24,000 nucleotides of DNA from an uncultured Actinomycetota bacterium (GTDB lineage Bacteria > Actinomycetota > Actinomycetes > Propionibacteriales > Actinopolymorphaceae): positions 38,612 to 62,611 of the forward strand of contig CAVRFE010000002.1 in the NCBI GenBank assembly GCA_963720325.1. The letters run 5' to 3'. Numbering within the stretch: the first letter of the stretch is position 1; every line of letters begins with the position of its first letter. A program made the position numbers and the translations under genes. Shown here piece after piece: positions 9,381 to 15,381 of this stretch. The notes beneath the pieces were generated by a model. The model saw nothing but the letters and a program-made list of their open reading frames with translations, did no database searches and was not told the DNA's origin.

Positions 9381-9501
9381 CGCCTTGAGTTGTCAGAGGT
9401 GGGCCGCACCTGTCAGAGGTATTCCCGCATCTATGCGCGGATACCTCTGACAGGCGCGGGGCACGTCTGACAGGTGCGGGCACCTCTGACAACTCAGGCG
9501 C
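9381..9501. repeat. Nested palindrome cluster (five copies of a TGTCAGA(GG) core in F-F-R-R-R orientation); likely composite terminator of the ABC operon and/or an operator array
   Basis: The outer arms are a perfect 15-bp pair: GAGTTGTCAGAGGTG 9387-9401 and CACCTCTGACAACTC 9481-9495. They extend to 9381/9501 with one bulge. Inner pairings are 9409-9422 with 9441-9454 (14 bp) and 9404-9417 with 9466-9479 (14 bp). These two share the same left arm, so they are mutually exclusive. Confidence 0.8.
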
Positions 9502-10257
9502 TCACCCGACGGCTCGGCGGATGCGCCGCGTTCCGACGTACAGGCCGCCGATGGCGACCACCGCCGCCGCCAGCGTTCCGGCCACCAGCGTCCCCGCCGC
9601 GAAGTCGCCGTTGAACAAGGCTCGTTCGGCGTCGACGACGTACGTCAGCGGGTTGAACGCCGACAGCGTTCGCAGCCAGGCCGGTCCACCGTCGATCGGG
9701 AGCAGCATCCCCGCGAGGAGCAGGAGCGGGAAGATCAGCGTCTGCTGCACCGCCCAGAACATCCACTCCTTGTTGCCAGAGGCGAGTGCCAGCGTGTACG
9801 ACAAGGCACCGAGCCCGAGGCAGAACACGGCCAGGATCACTACGCCGAGCAGGGCGCCCACCAGGTTGAGGCGAAACCCGAACGGCAGGGTCGCGGCCAC
9901 CAGGATCGCCGCCTGGGCGAACATCGGGACGATCTCCTTGAGAGCCCGCCCGATGATCAGCGCTGGACGCCGGAGTGGGGTCACCAGCATCCGTTCGTGT
10001 GACCCGGTCTGGATCTCGAACAGCAGGTTGGCACCGGTCGTCGACGTACCGAACAGGCACGACATCACGATGATCCCGGGGACGAACCACTGCAGTGCCG
10101 AGTCACCGCCCACGACGGTCGGGAGCAAGGGTGCGAACAGCGCCAGGAAGACCAGCGGCTGCACCATCGTGAAGATTACCGAGAACGGGTCCCGGATCAC
10201 CGGGCGGAGTTCGCGGCTGAACACAGTCACGGTGTCGCTTAGCAGAGTGGTGGTCAT
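9502..10257 (-). CDS. ABC-2 type transporter permease (DrrB-like)
   Basis: ATG 10257 (MTTTLLSDTVTVFSRELRPVIRDPFSV...) is preceded by GAGGAG. The protein is about 251 aa with roughly six hydrophobic helices. The upstream part of ORF 9502..10608 is an out-of-frame overlap with the ATPase gene. Confidence 0.85.
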   Translation of the reverse strand: MTTTLLSDTVTVFSRELRPVIRDPFSVIFTMVQPLVFLALFAPLLPTVVGGDSALQWFVPGIIVMSCLFGTSTTGANLLFEIQTGSHERMLVTPLRRPALIIGRALKEIVPMFAQAAILVAATLPFGFRLNLVGALLGVVILAVFCLGLGALSYTLALASGNKEWMFWAVQQTLIFPLLLLAGMLLPIDGGPAWLRTLSAFNPLTYVVDAERALFNGDFAAGTLVAGTLAAAVVAIGGLYVGTRRIRRAVG

Positions 10258-11302
10258 GCGGCGTTCTCCTCGTTGCTCGAAGCGTCGGACTTGTCGGCCT
10301 CGGACCTGTCGGCGTCGGACTGTCGTCTGGCGCGGCCGTACCTTCGTCGCGCAGGCTGCGACCGGTGAGGTTGAGGAACACGTCGTCGAGCGTCGGCCGG
10401 GCGACCTCGACGCTCGCGACGGTGATGCCCTCGTCGTCCAGCCCTCGCAGCAACTTCGGCGCGAGCTGAGCGCCACCGTCGACCACGAGAGCCACGTGGG
10501 CGCCCACCCGCTCGACCTGCGCACCGGCGGCCAGTCCCAGCAGCCGAGGAACCGCTCGGTCGGCGTCGCCTTCCCGGTCGAACGTGAGACTGACGCGGTC
10601 ACCGGCATGGTCGGCCTTCAGCCGCGTCGGTGTGTCGTCGGCGATGAGCTGGCCGTGGTCGATCACGATGACTCGTTCGGCCAGCTGGTCGGCCTCGTCG
10701 AGGTAGTGGGTCGTCAGGACCATGGTCGTACCGTGCTCGGCGCGCAGCCGGCGCAGGTGGGCGTGCAGGTTGGCCCGGTTCTGCGGGTCGAGCCCGGTCG
10801 ACGGCTCGTCGAGGAACAGCAGGTCCGGAGCGTGGATCAGGCCCAGCGCGATGTCGAGCCGCCGCCGCTGACCACCCGACATCGACGACACCACCCGGTC
10901 GGCGACGCCGCTGAGGTCGAGCGAGTCGACCAGCTCGGCGGCGCGGGCGCGGGCGGCCCGGACGCTCAGCCCGTACGCACGACCCTGGCTGATCAGTTCG
11001 TCCCGGCCGCGCTGGCTGTGGCCGGCGCCGTTGCCCTGGCCGATGTACCCGATCCGGGCACGGACGGCGCGCGGGTTGGTCGCCACGTCGTACCCAGCGA
11101 CTTCAGCTGTGCCCGACGTGGGCGGGAGCAGCGTGGTGAGCATCCGGAGGGTGGTCGACTTGCCGGCGCCGTTCGGCCCGAGCAGGGCGACCAGCTCCCC
11201 TGCGTGAACGCTCAGGTCGAGATCGCGGACGGCCTCGACCCGCTCCTTCTTGACGGTGAAGTGCCTGGTCAGTCCGCGGGTGCGGATCATCGTTGTCTCC
11301 AT
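10254..11302 (-). CDS. ABC transporter ATP-binding protein (DrrA-like), with an apparent 1-nt deletion near the 3' end (the literal ORF runs on to 10103)
   Basis: Walker A GPNGAGKST, signature SGGQRRR, Walker B LLFLDEPSTGLD and H-loop TTHY are all present. The start is ATG 11302, or ATG 11290 with GGAGA upstream. After ...RDEGTAAPDD the literal frame has low GC3 and overlaps the permease gene by about 155 nt. Another frame has high GC3 and ends in an ATGA overlap with the permease start at 10254-10257. Confidence 0.8.
10281..10324 (-). repeat. 15-nt tandem repeat x3; the third unit is only 14 nt
   Basis: Plus-strand units are AGCGTCGGACTTGTC (10281-10295), GGCCTCGGACCTGTC (10296-10310) and GGCGTCGGAC-TGTC (10311-10324). 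On the coding strand they encode D[KR]S[DE]A repeats. Confidence 0.85.
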
Positions 11303-11364
11303 GTCCTCGACGCTAGGACCCCTACCGGCCACTTTCTGACCGGAATATCCGCCATCCTGGGTTC

Positions 11365-12324
11365 ATGGCGAACACGAGTGGACGGATGCTGCGGCTGCTC
11401 TCCCTACTGCAGACGCACCGCTACTGGCCCGGCGGCGAGCTGGCCGAGCGGCTGGAGGTGAGCGAACGCACGCTGCGGCGCGACGTCGACCGGCTGCGTG
11501 AGCTCGGCTACCCGGTCGATGCCAACCGCGGGGTCGCCGGCGGCTACCAGTTGCGGTCCGGCACGGCGATGCCTCCGCTCCTGCTGGACGACGAGGAGGC
11601 GGTGGCGATTGCGGTCGGCCTGCGGACGGCAGCCGGTGGTGCGGTCGCCGGGATCGAGGAGACTTCCGTACGCGCGCTCACCAAGGTCGTCCAGGTGATG
11701 CCACCGCGACTGCGCCGCCGGGTCGACGCGCTACGGGCCTACACGGTGCCGGCCTCCTGGCGCGGCGGTCCGACCGTCGACGCGACCGCGCTGACCGTGA
11801 TCGCCCAGGCGTGCCGGGACGACGAGCGGCTGCAGTTCACGTACACGACCCGCGAGGGGGAGCAGGCGACGCGGCTGGTCGAGCCGCACCGACTGGTGTC
11901 GTTGGGACGCCGCTGGTATCTCGTCGCGTGGGACGTGGAGCGGCAGGACTGGCGAACGTTCCGGGTCGACCGGTTGAGCTCCCCGGCCACGACAGGCGCC
12001 AGGTTCCGGCAGCGCGACCTGCCCGCCCCCGACGCCGCGGCCTACGTTCGTGAGCGACTCGCCTCGATCCCGACCCAGTACCACGTCGTGATCGACGTGC
12101 GGGCCACAGCCGCGCATGTCCAACGCGTGGTCTCGCACTGGGGGCGGGTCGAAACCGTCGACGACGAGTCGTGCCGGTTGTCGATGAACGTGGACTCGTT
12201 CGAGTGGCTGGCGCTGTTGCTCGCCGCCATCGAAGCCGAGTTCGAGATCGTCGAACCCGCCGAGCTACGGGACTACCTCAGGACCACGGCCGAGCTCTTC
12301 CTGCGCGGAACTGTCACGCGCTGA
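11365..12324 (+). CDS. HTH + WYL domain transcriptional regulator (YafY-like)
   Basis: The N-terminal HTH reads RMLRLLSLLQTHRYWPGGELAERLEVSERTLRRDVDRLRELGYPV. The WYL core reads LVSLGRRWYLVAWDVERQDWRTFRVDRL. The gene is divergent from the ABC operon across a 62-nt spacer. Confidence 0.85.
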   Translation: MANTSGRMLRLLSLLQTHRYWPGGELAERLEVSERTLRRDVDRLRELGYPVDANRGVAGGYQLRSGTAMPPLLLDDEEAVAIAVGLRTAAGGAVAGIEETSVRALTKVVQVMPPRLRRRVDALRAYTVPASWRGGPTVDATALTVIAQACRDDERLQFTYTTREGEQATRLVEPHRLVSLGRRWYLVAWDVERQDWRTFRVDRLSSPATTGARFRQRDLPAPDAAAYVRERLASIPTQYHVVIDVRATAAHVQRVVSHWGRVETVDDESCRLSMNVDSFEWLALLLAAIEAEFEIVEPAELRDYLRTTAELFLRGTVTR

Positions 12325-12352
12325 CCCGGGGCCGGCCGGGGTCGGGATGGAG

Positions 12353-12399
12353 CAAGCGGGTGCGGCGGCGGGACGGCGGGGGTTTGCCGCACCCGCTTG
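12353..12399. terminator. Bidirectional hairpin between convergent genes
   Basis: CAAGCGGGTGCGGC (12353-12366) pairs perfectly with GCCGCACCCGCTTG (12386-12399), with a 19-nt loop. There is no clear U-tract. Confidence 0.5.
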
Positions 12400-12413
12400 G
12401 CTCGTGGGTGGCG

Positions 12414-13460
12414 TCAGGGAGTGTTGCGACGCCAGATCATTGCGTAGTTGGTCGTGAAGATGCAGCCGCCGGCAATGGTGCACGACGACTTCACGGGGTA
12501 CGACTCGAAGGCCAGCGGCCGGTAGCCGGCCTGGTCGCCGTACTGCGCGCGATTCCACAGCAGCTCGTCGGCGTCCATGTCACGCACCTCGACGGTCGCG
12601 CGGCCACGCCGGTCGCTGAGCCAGACGCCGGAGTACTTGTTGTACGCGTCGTCGATCTGCGGCCAGGTGTTGTCGATCTTGTAGAGGGCGGCGTTCACAG
12701 CCACGATCCGGTGACTGTCCTTGAGCTCGTTGAACTTGTCCGCGAACGTGTCGGTCCGCAGCCCCCACCAGAGCTGCCAGCCGAGGTGGTCGATGTTCTT
12801 GACCCAGATCGTGGCGTAGCAGTGATTGCAGCCGGAGACGCTGTACTCCTCGACGTCGACGGGCATCCGGCCCTGGTCGCGCTGCGAGTTGGCGACACCC
12901 TGCATCTGCGCGGAGGTCTTGTCCTTGACCAGGACCGCGTCGGTGGTGCCCACGCCCTCCACCCAGATGGCGGCGTACTGCTTGCCGACACCGCTGACCT
13001 GGTACGCCTCGAAGTCGGCGATGCGCAGCCCGAACGCCTTGGCGAAGTTGTTCGACGCCTCGTACTCGTCGGGCGTCATGTCGTGCTGGACCATATAGCC
13101 GAGGCCAGTGGGCTTCTTCTGGAAGACCCCGCTGTACAGAGTGGCGTTCATGGTGAGGACCTCGAGGTCGAGGAGCATGTAGCCGTCGCCGGTCAGCCGG
13201 CTGTACTCGGCGTCGAAGCCCGCCTTGTCGCGCGGTGACACAAACCTCGTGTCCGTGTGGTTGGGATCAAAGATCGGCGTCGTCGGGCCGGGGTACGCCG
13301 ACGCCGACGGAGTTGCGATGGTCATCAGGCACGTCACTGCCATCGCCGCCGCCATGGTCATTGCCATCGTCAGCCGGCGCAGGCGGCCCAGCCGCGCACG
13401 GAGACGAGGCGGTGAGCCACCGCTGATGCGTTGGCTCTGCCTGCTCGAACTACCTGTCAT
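12414..13460 (-). CDS. Secreted tandem-repeat protein (five ~50-60 aa repeats each ending Y-[AS]-x-[IV]-[WF]); resembles the bacterial tandem repeat / polyglycine-hydrolase-like structural repeat
   Basis: The N-terminus is RLRARLGRLRRLTMAMTMAAAMAVTCLMTIATPSASA/YPG (signal peptide, possibly Tat-type RR). The repeat ends are LYSGVF, YAAIWV, YATIWV, YSGVWL and YAMIWR. The family assignment is from memory only. Confidence 0.7.
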   Translation of the reverse strand: MTGSSSRQSQRISGGSPPRLRARLGRLRRLTMAMTMAAAMAVTCLMTIATPSASAYPGPTTPIFDPNHTDTRFVSPRDKAGFDAEYSRLTGDGYMLLDLEVLTMNATLYSGVFQKKPTGLGYMVQHDMTPDEYEASNNFAKAFGLRIADFEAYQVSGVGKQYAAIWVEGVGTTDAVLVKDKTSAQMQGVANSQRDQGRMPVDVEEYSVSGCNHCYATIWVKNIDHLGWQLWWGLRTDTFADKFNELKDSHRIVAVNAALYKIDNTWPQIDDAYNKYSGVWLSDRRGRATVEVRDMDADELLWNRAQYGDQAGYRPLAFESYPVKSSCTIAGGCIFTTNYAMIWRRNTP

Positions 13461-13606
13461 GTCTCTCTCAATCCGTCGTCGCCGACCGTTTGTCGGCTGT
13501 GTGACCAGGCGCAGCGGTGTGAGAAAAGGCGACGGGCCCCCCTAAGGAGCGTCGAAGACTGCGCCCGACAGGCGATCATTTCGTCGCGAATTGCGGTTGC
13601 ATTGCA

Positions 13607-13630
13607 GTTCAATTGGACGACCGCGGGTAC
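13607..13630 (+). promoter_or_regulatory. Candidate SigB/SigF-type (group 3 stress sigma) promoter upstream of the stressosome-type operon
   Basis: GTTCAA (13607-12), a 12-nt spacer, then GGGTAC (13625-30), compared with the GTTTAA-N~14-GGGTAT consensus. The spacer is about 2 nt short. The site lies about 120 nt upstream of ATG 13753, in a lower-GC intergenic region. Confidence 0.3.
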
Positions 13631-13752
13631 AACGGACGAATGCGGCTACAGGCTGTCTGACACGAGTAACAAACAGTCCGGCGACGTTCTCCGAGGGCTA
13701 GGGGAAGCGCTAGCCGTCGGGGTATGAAGAAGACACGGGAGGAGGTCTGCCC

Positions 13753-14598
13753 ATGCCTACAGTGCCGGTCGATGCGCAAGATCCCGAGGAACGCCTTCGC
13801 GAGCTCGAGGCGATGCTGAACGCGATTACCGAATACCAGATCATCAAACTGGACGTGACCGGACACATCGCCAGCTGGAACCCCGGCGCGGAGGCCGTCC
13901 AGGGCTACACGGCCCACGAGGTCATCGGCCAGCCAGTGGCGATGTTCTACACCGACGAGGATCAGGCGGCCGGATTACCGCAGCGGGAGCTCCAGACCGC
14001 GCGCGACACGGGCCGGGTCGAGTTCGAGGGGTGGCGGGTCAGACGGGGCGGTGAGCGGTTCTGGTCCAGCGTGATCCTGGCACCGATCCGGGACGAGAGT
14101 GGCGAGGTGTCCGGGTTTGTGAAGGTCACCCGCGACGAGACCGAACGCCGCGAGCAGGAGGTACGCCTACAGCGCCAGCGGGACGAGATCCTGGAACTGT
14201 CCACGCCCGTCATCCAGGTGTGGGACAAGGTGCTCGTACTCCCGATCATCGGCACCCTCGACTCCCAGCGCGCGGCCCGACTCACCGAGAGCCTGCTGGA
14301 AAAGATCGCCGAGTCCCAGGGAGAAATCATCATTCTCGAGGTCAGTGGCGTTCCCACCATTGATACTCAAGTAGGTCAGCACCTCCTCAAAACCGTACAA
14401 GCGGCTGCACTGATGGGGACGGTGAGTATCTTGAGCGGGGTTCGGGCGGAGGTTGCCCAGTCGATGGTCAACCTCGGCGTCGATCTGGGTCAGCTGCGTT
14501 CGCGCAACACGTTGCGTGACGCACTACAGCTCGCATTGCAACTGCTCCGCGAGCGACCCGCGGTGGCATCACCGTCACTGCCCGGGGAGGGCCTGTGA
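13753..14598 (+). CDS. rsbR: RsbR-like stressosome sensor: N-terminal PAS domain + C-terminal STAS domain
   Basis: GGGAGGAGG lies 7 nt upstream of the ATG. The PAS region reads ITEYQIIKLDVTGHIASWNPGAEAVQGYTAHEVIGQPV... The STAS region reads ELSTPVIQVWDKVLVLPIIGTLDSQRA...LEVSGVPTIDTQVGQHL, with Ser/Thr at positions equivalent to the RsbR phospho-sites. Confidence 0.85.
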   Translation: MPTVPVDAQDPEERLRELEAMLNAITEYQIIKLDVTGHIASWNPGAEAVQGYTAHEVIGQPVAMFYTDEDQAAGLPQRELQTARDTGRVEFEGWRVRRGGERFWSSVILAPIRDESGEVSGFVKVTRDETERREQEVRLQRQRDEILELSTPVIQVWDKVLVLPIIGTLDSQRAARLTESLLEKIAESQGEIIILEVSGVPTIDTQVGQHLLKTVQAAALMGTVSILSGVRAEVAQSMVNLGVDLGQLRSRNTLRDALQLALQLLRERPAVASPSLPGEGL

Positions 14599-14966
14599 GC
14601 GAAGCCGCCGCGCCGATCCTTCGCATCGAAGACACCCTGCTGGTGAGCTTGCAAGGCGACCTTGACGACACCACGGTGATCCGGATCGAGGACCAGCTGA
14701 CCAAGGAGGTCGTGCGCACCCACGTCACCGGGATTCTGATCGACGTCAGCGGGCTGTCCGTGATCGACTCGTTCAGCGCCCGCGTGATCGCCCGGTTCAT
14801 CGGGATGGTCCGGCTGCTCGGATCGCAGGCGGCAGTGGTCGGCATCCAACCGGCGGTAGCCATCACCTTGGTCGAACTTGGCGTGCCCATGGGACACCTC
14901 GACACCGCGCTCAACGCCGAGCAGGGCGTGGCGCTGCTTCGGCGGCTGCGTCGTGAAGACACTTGA
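14595..14966 (+). CDS. rsbS: RsbS-like STAS-domain antagonist (stressosome scaffold)
   Basis: GTGA overlaps the upstream stop at 14595-14598. The protein is 123 aa: PILRIEDTLLVSLQGDLDD...ILIDVSGLSVIDSFSARVI. The IDSF serine is conserved. Confidence 0.85.
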   Translation: MSEAAAPILRIEDTLLVSLQGDLDDTTVIRIEDQLTKEVVRTHVTGILIDVSGLSVIDSFSARVIARFIGMVRLLGSQAAVVGIQPAVAITLVELGVPMGHLDTALNAEQGVALLRRLRREDT

Positions 14967-14976
14967 GCCAACCGAC

Positions 14977-15381
14977 ATGGATCAGGTCGAGCTGACGATC
15001 TCAACCGAGGCCGACCTGATAAGGGTGCGGCAGGTTCTGCGCGCCAACTCTCAGAGCGCCGGGCTCGGCCTGGTCGACGAGACAAAGCTCATCACCGCCG
15101 GAAGCGAGCTCGCCCGCAACATCCTGACGCACTCTGCCGCCTCCCGCGGCGAGCTGGTGGTCGAGCGGGTGCAGGCCGCCGGCAAGGTCGGGGTCAGGGC
15201 GACATTCTCCGACGAGGGACCGGGCATCGCCGATCTGGACCAGGCACTGACGGACGGATTCAGTACGACCGGGAGCCAGGGCATCGGGCTTCCCGGTGCC
15301 AGGCGTCTCGTGGACGAGATGCGGATCATGACGGCGGGCGGCTCCAGTACGACAGTGGTGATCGTCAAGTGGCGGCGATGA
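14977..15381 (+). CDS. rsbT: RsbT-like serine kinase / switch protein (HATPase_c family)
   Basis: The protein is 134 aa from ATG 14977; an alternative GTG 14953 overlaps rsbS. N-box is SELARNIL, G1 is DEGPGI and G2 is GIGLPG. Length and motif order match B. subtilis RsbT as I recall it. Confidence 0.85.
   Translation: MDQVELTISTEADLIRVRQVLRANSQSAGLGLVDETKLITAGSELARNILTHSAASRGELVVERVQAAGKVGVRATFSDEGPGIADLDQALTDGFSTTGSQGIGLPGARRLVDEMRIMTAGGSSTTVVIVKWRR

Noticed and set aside
9256-9492. N-terminal extension of the pentapeptide ORF (start at ATG 9492)
   Set aside because: The extension runs through the palindrome cluster and the 19-bp direct repeats. It has poor GC3 in its first ~35 codons and would bury the lipoprotein signal internally. 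GTG 9255, with an upstream GAGGTG, is preferred. The longer form is not excluded.
9381-9501. Possible CRISPR array or MITE
   Set aside because: The repeated cores are in inverted rather than uniform direct orientation. The spacers are only 9-20 nt and irregular, and there are no cas genes, so it is not CRISPR-like. There is no target-site duplication and no transposase; the flanks extend the palindrome instead. A MITE is therefore unsupported, although a dispersed REP-like family remains possible.
11303-11364. Operator for the WYL regulator in the 62-nt divergent spacer
   Set aside because: Only a weak 5-bp inverted repeat is present (GTCCT...AGGAC). That is not enough to call a binding site.
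9521-11461. 646-aa plus-strand ORF spanning the ABC transporter genes
   Set aside because: It is antisense to two genes with unmistakable ABC ATPase and ABC-2 permease motifs. The translation is low-complexity and Arg/Ser/Thr/Pro-rich. The same reasoning rejects 6412..7467(-), 12171..13238(+), 15051..16526(-), 18175..19011(+), 18984..20060(+), 19015..19947(+), 22072..23151(+), 22980..23738(-), 1504..2439(-) and 2624..3580(-).
13720-13725. Second GGGTAT -10-like hexamer, 28 nt upstream of the rsbR-like ATG
   Set aside because: There is no GTTT-type -35 element at a compatible distance. The nearest, GTTCTC at 13686-13691, leaves a 28-nt spacer.
13431-13727. 98-aa plus-strand ORF across the intergenic region upstream of the stressosome operon
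   Set aside because: It has low GC3, no RBS and no recognisable motif. It overlaps the 5' end of the secreted repeat protein gene on the other strand. The region is more likely regulatory DNA.
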